The position numbers and the translations under genes were made by a program. Positions 30,610 through 40,569 of a DNA stretch of 64,000 nucleotides are shown in pieces; the stretch's first letter is position 1, and each line of letters starts with the position of its first letter. The stretch is taken from assembly GCA_948543815.1 (NCBI GenBank), contig CAOVHW010000002.1, positions 89,215 through 153,214 of the forward strand, in the 5' to 3' direction. A model generated the notes under the pieces. It saw only the letters and a program-made list of their open reading frames with translations, did not search any database and was not told where the DNA came from. The DNA comes from an uncultured Eubacteriales bacterium. GTDB taxonomy: Bacteria > Bacillota > Clostridia > Lachnospirales > CAMVHY01.

Positions 30610-31386
30610 TTGCATAAATTAATTGTTATACGAAAAAAAAATATTTTGTACGTGAGTATAATCGCACTGATTTTTGTTCTTAGTCTTGCACTTAAGCCAT
30701 CAGCACAAACAGTTTTTAATATGGTTGTAGCTGATCCAAATCGTTTGCTTCCAATTTATTGTGTCGATCGTAATGATAATAAAATTTCTATTTCATTTGA
30801 TGCGGCATGGGGCGCCGATGATACTGATAAGCTTCTGCAAATTCTTAAAGATAATGATGTCAAAGCAACATTTTTTTTGTGCGGATTTTGGGTTGATAAA
30901 TATCCGGATGAAGTAAAAAAAATAATTGCGGACGGACACGATATTGGTAATCATGGAAATACTCATGCTCATGGTGCAAAATTAAGTTTGGAGCAAAATG
31001 AACAGGAAATTTTAAAAGCACATGAAAAAGTTGAAAAGCTTACCGGTACGAAAATGTTTTTATTTCGTCCGCCATATGGCGAATATAATAATGATGTCAT
31101 AAAAGCCGCGCAAAATGTTAATTATTATCCGATTCAGTGGGACGTAGATAGTTTGGATTGGAAAGAACTTGGCGCTGAGCACGAACTTAATCACGTTTTA
31201 AATCATAAAAAACTTGGTAGTGGTTCAATAATTTTGTTTCACAACGATGCAAAATATACGCCGCAAGTTCTTGATAAAATAATAAAAGGTTTGAAAGCAA
31301 AAAATTATGAACTTGTCCCAATCTCTCAGTTGATTTATAAAAACAATTACAAAATAAATCATGAAGGTCGGCAAATAAAAAATTAA
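30610..31386 (+). CDS. Polysaccharide deacetylase (NodB domain; PdaA/PdaB-like)
   Basis: N-terminal TM helix. FDAAWGADDT, HDIGNHGNTHAH and LFRPPYGEYN NodB motifs. TTG start 7 nt after GGAGGAG. Confidence 0.8.
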   Translation: MHKLIVIRKKNILYVSIIALIFVLSLALKPSAQTVFNMVVADPNRLLPIYCVDRNDNKISISFDAAWGADDTDKLLQILKDNDVKATFFLCGFWVDKYPDEVKKIIADGHDIGNHGNTHAHGAKLSLEQNEQEILKAHEKVEKLTGTKMFLFRPPYGEYNNDVIKAAQNVNYYPIQWDVDSLDWKELGAEHELNHVLNHKKLGSGSIILFHNDAKYTPQVLDKIIKGLKAKNYELVPISQLIYKNNYKINHEGRQIKN

Positions 31387-31531
31387 TTTTTTTGTAGTGA
31401 TATAATAATTGACATAAAATTTTAGTTGAATTTTTTAACAAATTTACTGAATATTTTATGAGATATTTTAATAAATTTCTTATCACAGATAACTTGATTT
31501 TTTTTGATTATGTTTTCCAAAAAACATTTTT

Positions 31532-32602
31532 ATGGTGGTGATTAAAATAAATTTTCAATTTCAGAATAAAAATAAAATAAGTAAAAAAAATTTGTCTGTT
31601 TTATGTAGACAAATTTCATTTATGTTGCAATCAGGAATTTCTATCAGCAAAGCACTAGAAATTTTAACGGTACAATCACAAAATAAAAATTTAAAAATTA
31701 TTTTAAGTGATATACATAAAAATATTTTAGAGGGAAAATCATTTTCACAATGCCTTTTACAGCATGGTAAAAAATTTCCCGCACTTATGATAAATATGAT
31801 AAAGGCGGGAGAAAATGCGGGGAGATTAGATGAGATAATGAATCAACTTGCTAACTATTATCAACAGGAAAATGATTTTATTACAGATTTCAAACGGGCA
31901 ATGATTTATCCATGTATTGTGTGCGTAATGATGTTAACAGTTTTAATCATGGCATTAACATTTGTAATTCCGAGTTACGCACAAATGTTTTCACAAAATG
32001 GTGCGAAATTACCGTTGCTAACTCAAATAGTTATTGGTATCAGTAATTTTGTTGGAAAGTATTATTTACTTTTGATACTATTTTTTATAACAATTTTTAT
32101 TTTGCTGGTATTATTTTTAAAAACAGATAAGGGGCAAATTTTTTATGGTAAATTTCTTTTTTCATCATTTGTAAAAAAAATTTATCGTATACGTTTAAAT
32201 TTTATATTTGCTCAAATCTTTGGAATGCTTTTAAGGTCGGGCGTTGATATCATTTCAGTATTTGAAAATGTAAAAGATGTTGTCGGCAACAAATTTTTAG
32301 ATAAAGATTTCGATTTAATGATTAATCAAATTAGAAATGGTGAGAGCGTGAGCGAAGTTATCAATAAATCTGGCAAATTCAATACAATTTTATCTGAAAT
32401 GATAAATGTTGGTGAAAATAGCGGAAATTTACCCGACACTATGCTTTATTGCCAAAAATATTTTGAAAATGAATTCAAAGATAGTTTAAAAAAACTCGAA
32501 AAAATTATTGAACCAGCGTTCACGATTATCACCGGTATAATTTTAGGAATCATAATGCTCGCGATAATGGAGCCAACTTTTACGTTAAATGATATTTTTT
32601 AA
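31532..32602 (+). CDS. Type II secretion / type IV pilus platform protein (GspF/PilC/ComGB family)
   Basis: Two T2SSF repeats (QSGISISKALEIL...AGENAGRLDEIM and RSGVDIISVFENV...VGENSGNLPDTM) with three TM helices. 356 aa. Confidence 0.8.
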   Translation: MVVIKINFQFQNKNKISKKNLSVLCRQISFMLQSGISISKALEILTVQSQNKNLKIILSDIHKNILEGKSFSQCLLQHGKKFPALMINMIKAGENAGRLDEIMNQLANYYQQENDFITDFKRAMIYPCIVCVMMLTVLIMALTFVIPSYAQMFSQNGAKLPLLTQIVIGISNFVGKYYLLLILFFITIFILLVLFLKTDKGQIFYGKFLFSSFVKKIYRIRLNFIFAQIFGMLLRSGVDIISVFENVKDVVGNKFLDKDFDLMINQIRNGESVSEVINKSGKFNTILSEMINVGENSGNLPDTMLYCQKYFENEFKDSLKKLEKIIEPAFTIITGIILGIIMLAIMEPTFTLNDIF

Positions 32603-33937
32603 TTATTCTGCTTTAATGGCAACTAACGCGCTTAATTTTGTTGCGCGACGCGCTGGGAAATAACCTGAAAACAAACCAATTAATCCTGAAAAAATTATTG
32701 CGACAGCGCACAACCAAATTGGTATCAATGAAACGACGGATTTTCCTGAATACATATAAACATCGGTATTGAAAAATGAAATGTTTGTGGTATTCAAAAT
32801 ATGCGAGACCAACAAACTTATCAGCGCGCCAATTATTCCGCCGAAGAATCCAATTATTGAGGATTCTAGCAGGAATAATTTTTTTATGTCGCGGATAGAT
32901 GCGCCGATTACTTTCATGATACCGATTTCGCGTGTACGTTCGTACACCGACATTATCATAGTGTTTGCAATACCAATTGCTGCAACAAATAATGAGACTG
33001 CACCGATTGCACCAAGTAATGCTTGCATATTTGCGGAAGTTGCCCGCATATTTTCCAGATATTCACCTTCATAGTATGCGTTATATCCAAGTTCTTTGAC
33101 TTTTTCAGCAATATCTTTGACACTGTTAATATTTTTGCATTTTACATAAATTTGATTGTACTCATCAGAATTATTTTCGCCGGAATTTTTTTTACGCATT
33201 TCTGCTTTTAACTTTTTAGTTTGCTCAATAGTCATGTAACAATTGTAATCGGATTCACTCCAGCCGGATTCATCAGATTTTAATATTCCAACAAATTTTA
33301 CAGCGTGCGATTTAATATTTGACGATGAAGAATTTCCATCAGTAGTATCAACTTCACCGTAATTCATATCAGTAGAAATTGTAACACGGTCTTTCATAAG
33401 ATTAACTTGTGGCGAATCATAATAAACATAGCTACGGCTATTTTTTTTGCGAAAAGAGTAGGGGACTTTACCGCCACAAACAATATTTAATTTATCATCT
33501 TCATTTAAAAATCGGCCATTCTCTAGCTCATAGCCTAAAATTTTTAGAAATGGCGCTTCGATTCCAACGACATTTAATGTCGCACAATATTTACCGCACA
33601 AAGCTTTTATGGAATACGACAAATTAATTATAGGACTAACCGCTTCAACATTTTTTATTTGTTTGAAATTATATACGGCGCTGTTGTCCAATTTTATTTT
33701 ATTTTTTTTTGCTTGATATTGGGGTGAAGTTTCATCGACACCAACAACATGAATTAAAGTTATATCTGAAAGTTGAAGTAGTTGGCTCTCAAAATTTTTA
33801 TTTATTGCGAGCCCTAACGATATCATTACAATGATTGAAGCGGTACCGATTGAGACGCCCAAAATTGTCAAAAATGTTCGAAGTTTACGTTTAAAAAAAT
33901 TTTTGAGCGCCATCGCAATCAGATCAATATTATTCAT
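32603..33937 (-). CDS. ABC transporter permease (FtsX/MacB type)
   Basis: N-terminal TM helix, large extracytoplasmic domain, and a C-terminal FtsX 3-TM bundle with the RTREIGIMKVIGA motif. The start overlaps the upstream gene by 8 nt. Confidence 0.8.
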   Translation of the reverse strand: MNNIDLIAMALKNFFKRKLRTFLTILGVSIGTASIIVMISLGLAINKNFESQLLQLSDITLIHVVGVDETSPQYQAKKNKIKLDNSAVYNFKQIKNVEAVSPIINLSYSIKALCGKYCATLNVVGIEAPFLKILGYELENGRFLNEDDKLNIVCGGKVPYSFRKKNSRSYVYYDSPQVNLMKDRVTISTDMNYGEVDTTDGNSSSSNIKSHAVKFVGILKSDESGWSESDYNCYMTIEQTKKLKAEMRKKNSGENNSDEYNQIYVKCKNINSVKDIAEKVKELGYNAYYEGEYLENMRATSANMQALLGAIGAVSLFVAAIGIANTMIMSVYERTREIGIMKVIGASIRDIKKLFLLESSIIGFFGGIIGALISLLVSHILNTTNISFFNTDVYMYSGKSVVSLIPIWLCAVAIIFSGLIGLFSGYFPARRATKLSALVAIKAE

Positions 33938-35981
33938 CTAAATCATTGCCTTTCTTTTTCTGACGAATTTTCTTTACAATAAATATTGCGACACCCACAG
34001 AAATAATAATTGCGCCCCAAATGTATGGATTTTTCCACCAACTTTTTTTTGGTTCTTCAATCGGTGGCGTATCAGGCGTAAAATTATCATCAATCGGCAT
34101 AGATTCTTGGACATTTACAGTAAAATTTTTAATTTGTTCTTTCGTTTCGCCCGCATCATCTTCATATGAAATAATTATGCGTCCGCTTTTTTCACCGGGC
34201 TGTAAAGGCGTAAAGTTTCCTTCATACGTATCACTCGTACTTGTATTAAATTTTCCATAAAAAATTGCGCTTTGCTTTGTATCAAAATCTTCGCCTTCGA
34301 TTTTAATCAAAAGATTATTCAAATTAACTTTACCTGTATTATAAAAATCGAAAGCTATTGCAGTCGGTTGATTTACGTAAATTTCACTTGGAATATTTAT
34401 TTCGCTCGTATCAAGTTTTGTTGGCTGCTTGACACTTATTCCAATTGTTTCTGAAGATTTAATTTCATTGTGCTTTTCATCTTCATATTCAAAATTTACA
34501 ACGACACTGTAATTTTTTGGCGTAGCAGTTGGCAAAGTATAGAGCCGTAATTTTTTCTCAATTTTATCTGACGGCGCAATATCTCCGATAAAAAATGTCG
34601 TGCTTCCATTGACAGGTGTAAAGACGTTTCCTTTTTGTTCATTTGTACTTGTCGCCGCTTCGTCTATTGTCAACGAAATTTTTGTATTCTCAACGCGTTT
34701 ATTTTTATGCGTGTTTTTAAATGTCATACTTAAATCAAATTCAGAGCTCGCCGTAACTATCATTGGATTTGTACTGTAATTTTGAACAATAATTTTTGGT
34801 TTGCTTTGAGAGTCCGAGGCTTCTGATTCAGGATTATTCACATTTATTCCGATGTATTGTTCAAAAGAATTTTTGTCAACATTTTCATACTCAACTTGAA
34901 ATTTTATCGAATAATTTTGTGTTTTGGCTTTCGAAGTTGGCGCAAATGCAAACGTTAAACTTTTTGCTTCATTTGGTTTCAAAAGTTGTGTAAAAATTAT
35001 GTTAGGAGTTTTTGGCACAATTGCACCATCTTCGTCAGTTATTGCTGTAACTTTAACATTTTTCAAATTTGTTTGACCTGGATTTTTCAATTTCATTGAA
35101 ACAGTTGCAGTTTCACCGACATTAAAAGTTTTTGTCGGAACAATTATATCTGTCAATTCCGGTTGTGATTTATCAAACTGAGTTTGCCCAGCAATATTTA
35201 CATAATAGAAAAAGCTTTTGTCATAAACTTTTTCATCACCATCTTTATATGAAACTTTGAAAGTCAATGGATAGGAACCACTTTGAATTTTAGACGAAGC
35301 TACGAAATCAAAATTTAAATATTTTTGCATACCTGCGGAAAAATTCGGGAAATATGTTCCCATTGTAGAATTTGCGAGATTTATTTCATCCGTTTTTATG
35401 CCTTCGATTGAAACTTGTAAATCATACGCATTTTGTGCACTGGCATTTTCAATAATAGCTGTCAAAGAAAATTGATCGCCTGGCAAAATTTTTGCATTTG
35501 TATTTGTAAAGTTAGTTATATTTATCAATGGCGCCGAATTTTCATTTTTTATTTTTATAGCGAACGTATCGCTTTCAGTAAAATTTGTGTTCACATCGTT
35601 CGTAAAAGAGTGGGTGAGGGAAACCGTGTAAGTCCCGGATTTCGCATTCTTATCCGCTTTTACATTAAGTTTCATAATTTTTTTACCGGTCGCTGAAATA
35701 ACCGGAACCGCGTTAGAATCATTTACAAATGAAATTGTAAATGGCGCACTTGAATCAATTGTTGCTTGCGTAAGAATGTTGTAAGCGGCGGCTACGCCAA
35801 CATTTCGGATTGTAAGTTCAATGTCTTTATTGCCGCCAGCATTTAAATTTACAACAGATGGGTTTTCCAATTTTATTTTAGGAGTTGCATTATTTATGGT
35901 TGGTTCGAGTGGCTCAGCGTAAATTTTTATTGGCAAAAATAAGAGTAAAGTAAAAATAGCGGTGAAAATTTTATTTTTCAT
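33930..35981 (-). CDS. Cell-surface protein with five CARDB/COG1361-like beta-sandwich repeats and a C-terminal TM anchor
   Basis: Signal peptide (MKNKIFTAIFTLLLFLPIKIYA). Five ~110-aa repeats, each with an xxxxN(x)G core (TIRNVG, IIENAS, KLKNPG, TFKNTH, DFYNTG). C-terminal WGAIIISVGVAIFIV plus KKIRQKKK. Confidence 0.65.
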   Translation of the reverse strand: MKNKIFTAIFTLLLFLPIKIYAEPLEPTINNATPKIKLENPSVVNLNAGGNKDIELTIRNVGVAAAYNILTQATIDSSAPFTISFVNDSNAVPVISATGKKIMKLNVKADKNAKSGTYTVSLTHSFTNDVNTNFTESDTFAIKIKNENSAPLINITNFTNTNAKILPGDQFSLTAIIENASAQNAYDLQVSIEGIKTDEINLANSTMGTYFPNFSAGMQKYLNFDFVASSKIQSGSYPLTFKVSYKDGDEKVYDKSFFYYVNIAGQTQFDKSQPELTDIIVPTKTFNVGETATVSMKLKNPGQTNLKNVKVTAITDEDGAIVPKTPNIIFTQLLKPNEAKSLTFAFAPTSKAKTQNYSIKFQVEYENVDKNSFEQYIGINVNNPESEASDSQSKPKIIVQNYSTNPMIVTASSEFDLSMTFKNTHKNKRVENTKISLTIDEAATSTNEQKGNVFTPVNGSTTFFIGDIAPSDKIEKKLRLYTLPTATPKNYSVVVNFEYEDEKHNEIKSSETIGISVKQPTKLDTSEINIPSEIYVNQPTAIAFDFYNTGKVNLNNLLIKIEGEDFDTKQSAIFYGKFNTSTSDTYEGNFTPLQPGEKSGRIIISYEDDAGETKEQIKNFTVNVQESMPIDDNFTPDTPPIEEPKKSWWKNPYIWGAIIISVGVAIFIVKKIRQKKKGNDLDE

Positions 35982-36669
35982 TTTTAATCTCCTTTTGATT
36001 TTTTATTTCATCAATTATTCCATCACGAATATGAATAATCATATCGGCATAGCATGAGATTTCCAAATCATGCGTAACTATAATTAATGTCTGATTATTT
36101 TTACGTGCAATATTTGTAATCAAATCCATCATTTCAAAAGTTGTTTTAGTGTCAAGATTTCCAGTCGGTTCATCTGCAAAAATCACACTCGGATTATTTA
36201 CAAACGCTCGTGCGATACTTACACGTTGCTGCTGACCACCACTCATTTGTGATGGTTTATGATTAATTCTATTTTCGAGGCCAACATTTTTTAACATTTC
36301 CTTAGCTTTTTCAATACGAATTTTTTTAGGGACACGTGAAAAAATTAGAGGCATACAAACGTTTTCGAGAGCAGTTAAAGTTGGGAAAAGGTTATAAGAT
36401 TGGAAAACGAAGCCGACATATTTTTTACGGAACTCAGCTAATTGTTCTTCGTTAAATTTTTCGAGGTGCATATTATTAAATAAAATTTGACCTTTAGATG
36501 GTTTTTCGAGGCCGGCAATCATATTAAGTAAAGTAGATTTACCAGAGCCGGAAGTTCCAATTATGCAATAAATTTTATTTTTATCGAAACTCAAATTAAT
36601 ATTATTGAGAGCGATAATTTTTTCGTTGCCCATTTTATAAATTTTTTTAACGCCAATTAAATTAATAAT
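35971..36669 (-). CDS. ABC transporter ATP-binding protein (MacB/LolD type), probable ATT start
   Basis: Walker A GTSGSGKST, signature SGGQQQR, Walker B IFADEPT. The conserved first beta strand (IINLIGVKKIYK) lies upstream of the first ATG (36633). AAGGAGG sits 9 nt before ATT 36669. Confidence 0.8.
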   Translation of the reverse strand: MINLIGVKKIYKMGNEKIIALNNINLSFDKNKIYCIIGTSGSGKSTLLNMIAGLEKPSKGQILFNNMHLEKFNEEQLAEFRKKYVGFVFQSYNLFPTLTALENVCMPLIFSRVPKKIRIEKAKEMLKNVGLENRINHKPSQMSGGQQQRVSIARAFVNNPSVIFADEPTGNLDTKTTFEMMDLITNIARKNNQTLIIVTHDLEISCYADMIIHIRDGIIDEIKNQKEIKNEK

Positions 36670-36963
36670 AAAATTCGACCTCCTTTTTTAGACACCAAAT
36701 TTATTTTAGCACGAAAAAAATTTTTTAGTGAAATTTTTTATAAAAATATTCTATATAAAAATATTTTAGTGGAAATAAAAAATGTAGAAAAAATGATAAA
36801 TAAAAGTAAGTATTCGCAAAAGACGTTTTTGTTGAATATTTATTTAACTGATTTTTTCACAACTTTTACGTTATTTTTAAAGAAATTTTTCACTGCATTT
36901 TATTTTGAATATGTTATAATAAATCCCGTTTCATTTTTATAATTTTTTGAAAGGAGATTTATT

Positions 36964-39900
36964 ATGTCAGTTAAAAAAACAATGGATGGAAATTCCGCCG
37001 CTGCTTATACATCTTATGCTTTTACCGAAGTTGCCGGAATCTATCCAATTACTCCATCTTCTCCAATGGCTGAACATGTTGATGAATGGTCAGCTAAAGG
37101 TAAAAAAAATTTGTTCGATCAAACTGTTCGTGTCGTTGAAATGCAATCAGAAGCTGGTGCGGCCGGAACAGTTCATGGTTCACTTGCCGCCGGTTCGTTG
37201 ACAACAACTTATACGGCGTCGCAAGGTTTATTGCTCATGATTCCAAATATGTATAAAATTGCTGGTGAGCTTTTGCCATGCGTATTGCACGTAACGGCGC
37301 GTACTTTAGCTACGCACGCACTTTCTATCTTTGGCGATCATAGTGATGTTATGGCTTGCCGTCAAACTGGTTTTGCAATGCTTTGTTCGGCAAACGTTCA
37401 GGAAGTTATGGATCTCGCAGCAGTTGCACATTTATCTGCAATTCGTGGACGTGTTCCATTTTTACATTTTTTTGATGGCTTCCGAACTTCACATGAAATA
37501 CAAAAAATTGATTGTTTAGATTATGAAGATTTACGAAAGTTAGTTGATTGGCAGGCAGTTGATAAATTTAAAAAAGATGCACTCAATCCAAATCATCCAG
37601 TAACGCGTGGGACTGCACAAAATTCTGATGTATTCTTTCAAGCGCGTGAAGCTTGCAATCCTTTTTATAATGCGTTACCAAAAATTGTTGAAGATTATAT
37701 GAACGAAATAAATAAAATTACTGGCCGCAATTATAAATTGTTTAACTATTACGGAGCGCCTGACGCCGACCGTATTATTATTGCGATGGGTTCGGCTTGC
37801 GATGCAATTGAAGAAACAATTGATTATTTAAATTCAAATGGTGAAAAAGTTGGACTTGTAAAAGTTCATTTATATCGCCCATTTTCAATTGAACATTTTA
37901 TAAATATAATTCCACAAACTGTGAAAAAAATAGCTGTTCTCGACCGTACAAAAGAGCCTGGTGCATTAGGTGAACCATTATATCAAGATGTTGTAACAGC
38001 ATATTTTGAACGCAATACGCATCCATTGATAGTTGCTGGGCGCTATGGATTGGCGTCAAAAGATTTTACTCCCGCACAAATTATTGCAATTTATGAAAAT
38101 TTGAAGCTTGATAATCCAAAAAATCATTTTACAGTTGGAATAAATGACGACGTTACGCATTTGTCATTACCTGTTCAAGATCCAATTAATGTTTCGCCAA
38201 AAGAAACTATAAGCTGTAAATTTTGGGGCTTAGGTTCAGATGGAACTGTTGGTGCAAGTAAAAATTCGATAAAAATTATCGGTGACCATACAGATATGTA
38301 TGTTCAAGCATACTTTGCATATGACTCTAAAAAGTCGGGTGGCGTTACTCAATCTCATTTGCGTTTTGGAAAATTCCCAATCCGTTCAACTTATTTAGTA
38401 AATGTCGCTGATTTTGTTGCATGCCATAATCCTTCCTATGTTCATAAATATGATATGGTTTCAGATTTGAAAGATGGTGGCACATTTTTATTAAATTGTT
38501 CGTGGACCGATGAAGAATTAGAAAATAATTTGCCGGCGCAATTCAAAAATTACGTTGCGAACCACAACATAAAATTATTTACAATCGATGGTATAAAAAT
38601 TGCGAAAGAAATTGGTTTGGGTAATCGAATCAATACCGTTTTACAATCGGCATTCTTTAAGCTTGCAAATATTATTCCAGCTGATCAAGCCGCTGAATAT
38701 ATGAAAAAAGCGATAAAAGATACTTATGGTAAAAAAGGCGAAAAAATTGTAAATATGAACTATGCAGCAGTTGATGCTGGACTGCAAAATGTTCATGAAG
38801 TAAATATTCCTGAACATTGGAAAAATGCTTCTGACTCAACTGAAATTACTGAAGCATTAAATGAACCTGATTTTGTAAAAAATGTTGCGAACGTTATAAA
38901 TAACTTAAAAGGTGACGAATTACCTGTTAGTGCATTTGAATCTTCTGCTAATGGAACACTTGAATGTGGAACGGCTGCATATGAAAAACGTGGCATTGCA
39001 GTTGAAGTTCCAAAATGGATTAAGGAAAATTGCATTCAATGCACACAATGTTCACTTGTTTGCCCGCATGCAACAATTAGACCGTTTCTTGTCGGAGAAA
39101 ATGATAATCCGCCAACTAGTTTTGAAACTAAAAAAGCAAATGGTAAAGATTTTGAGAACTATGGATTCCGGATTCAAATTGATGTTATGGATTGTACGGG
39201 CTGTGGTAATTGTGTTAAAACTTGTCCTGCAAAAGAAAAAGCTTTGGTTATGCAACCTTTACAAACACAAATGGAACAAGTTGAAAATTGGGAATATGCA
39301 ACAACTAAATTACAGCCGAAAAATACGCCAAATCCGACAAATATCAAAAGCAGTCAGCTAAAGCAACCACTTATGGAATTTTCAGGTGCATGTGCAGGTT
39401 GCGGTGAAACACCTTATGCAAAATTGTTGACACAACTTTTTGGTGATCGTATGTATATTGCAAATGCTACTGGTTGCTCATCCATTTGGGGTGGTAGCTA
39501 TCCAAATTCACCTTATACATCAAATTTTGAAGGGAAAGGCCCCGCATGGGCAAACTCTTTGTTTGAAGATAATGCCGAATTTGGACTCGGAATGTATACT
39601 GCTGTAAAACAAACGCGCGCTGGTTTAAAAGAAAAAGCTCAAAGATTATTAGAACTCGCACAAAAAGATGAAATTAAATCAACTATTCAAAATTGGCTTG
39701 ATAATTTTGATAATGGTATAGAATCTAAAGCTGCTTCAGAAAATTTAATTAATGTAATTTCAAATTGTGGTTGTGATGGTGAAGCTGGTGAAATCGTAAA
39801 AGAAATTATTGACAAAAAGGATTGGCTTGCTAAAAAATCACAGTGGATTTTAGGCGGCGACGGTTGGGCTTACGACATTGGTTTTGGCGGATTAGATCAT

Positions 39901-40479
39901 GTTCTTGCAAGTGGTGAAGATATAAACGTTTTAGTTTTTGACACAGAAGTTTATTCAAATACCGGCGGTCAATCAAGCAAATCAACACCAACTGCGGCCG
40001 TTGCAAAATTTGCGGCATCAGGTAAAAAAATTCGTAAAAAAGATTTGGGTATGATTGCAATGAGTTATAAATATGTTTATGTTGCACAAGTTGCAATGGG
40101 CGCAAATCAAAATCAATTGATAAAAGCTATGCTCGAAGCTGAAAGTTATCACGGCCCTTCATTAATTATTGCCTATGCTCCGTGCATAAATCATGGAATT
40201 CGTACGGGAATGAGTTGTACGCAGGAAGAAACAAAAAAAGCTGTTGAGTCTGGCTACTGGCATTTGTACAGATATAATCCAATGCTTACAGCTGAAGGTA
40301 AAAATCCATTTACGTTGGATTCAAAAGAACCAACAAAAAGTTTCAGAGAATTTTTAGACAATGAAGTTCGATATTCATCACTAAAAGTTTTATTTCCTGA
40401 ACATGCTGAAGAATTATTTAAAAAAGCAGAAGAAGATGCCAAAAATCGGTATAATACTTACAAGAAATTATCTGAATAG
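36964..40479 (+). CDS. nifJ: Pyruvate:ferredoxin (flavodoxin) oxidoreductase
   Basis: 1171 aa. MDGNSAAAY...YPITPSS start, two ferredoxin CxxCxxCxxxCP motifs (CIQCTQCSLVCP, CTGCGNCVKTCP) and the TPP-binding GGDGWAYDIG region. Confidence 0.92.
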   Translation: MSVKKTMDGNSAAAYTSYAFTEVAGIYPITPSSPMAEHVDEWSAKGKKNLFDQTVRVVEMQSEAGAAGTVHGSLAAGSLTTTYTASQGLLLMIPNMYKIAGELLPCVLHVTARTLATHALSIFGDHSDVMACRQTGFAMLCSANVQEVMDLAAVAHLSAIRGRVPFLHFFDGFRTSHEIQKIDCLDYEDLRKLVDWQAVDKFKKDALNPNHPVTRGTAQNSDVFFQAREACNPFYNALPKIVEDYMNEINKITGRNYKLFNYYGAPDADRIIIAMGSACDAIEETIDYLNSNGEKVGLVKVHLYRPFSIEHFINIIPQTVKKIAVLDRTKEPGALGEPLYQDVVTAYFERNTHPLIVAGRYGLASKDFTPAQIIAIYENLKLDNPKNHFTVGINDDVTHLSLPVQDPINVSPKETISCKFWGLGSDGTVGASKNSIKIIGDHTDMYVQAYFAYDSKKSGGVTQSHLRFGKFPIRSTYLVNVADFVACHNPSYVHKYDMVSDLKDGGTFLLNCSWTDEELENNLPAQFKNYVANHNIKLFTIDGIKIAKEIGLGNRINTVLQSAFFKLANIIPADQAAEYMKKAIKDTYGKKGEKIVNMNYAAVDAGLQNVHEVNIPEHWKNASDSTEITEALNEPDFVKNVANVINNLKGDELPVSAFESSANGTLECGTAAYEKRGIAVEVPKWIKENCIQCTQCSLVCPHATIRPFLVGENDNPPTSFETKKANGKDFENYGFRIQIDVMDCTGCGNCVKTCPAKEKALVMQPLQTQMEQVENWEYATTKLQPKNTPNPTNIKSSQLKQPLMEFSGACAGCGETPYAKLLTQLFGDRMYIANATGCSSIWGGSYPNSPYTSNFEGKGPAWANSLFEDNAEFGLGMYTAVKQTRAGLKEKAQRLLELAQKDEIKSTIQNWLDNFDNGIESKAASENLINVISNCGCDGEAGEIVKEIIDKKDWLAKKSQWILGGDGWAYDIGFGGLDHVLASGEDINVLVFDTEVYSNTGGQSSKSTPTAAVAKFAASGKKIRKKDLGMIAMSYKYVYVAQVAMGANQNQLIKAMLEAESYHGPSLIIAYAPCINHGIRTGMSCTQEETKKAVESGYWHLYRYNPMLTAEGKNPFTLDSKEPTKSFREFLDNEVRYSSLKVLFPEHAEELFKKAEEDAKNRYNTYKKLSE

Positions 40480-40482
40480 GTT

Positions 40483-40517
40483 AAAAAAAAATTCGCCTAA
40501 GTGCGAATTTTTTTTTT
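40483..40517 (+). terminator. Rho-independent terminator after nifJ
   Basis: Hairpin attcgc-ctaagt-gcgaat followed by T10. Confidence 0.7.
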
Positions 40518-40569
40518 GTTTTCACAACAAATAGAGCTTGAACATAAAGTATGAATGGAGGTGAAGAAA

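Noticed and set aside
36691-36963. The ~270-nt AT-rich region between the ABC operon and nifJ as a possible ncRNA or riboswitch.
   Set aside because: I see only promoter-like elements (for example TG-n-TATAAT near 36913-36921) and no convincing conserved-looking helices. It is most simply a divergent promoter region. Folding or covariance analysis could revisit this.
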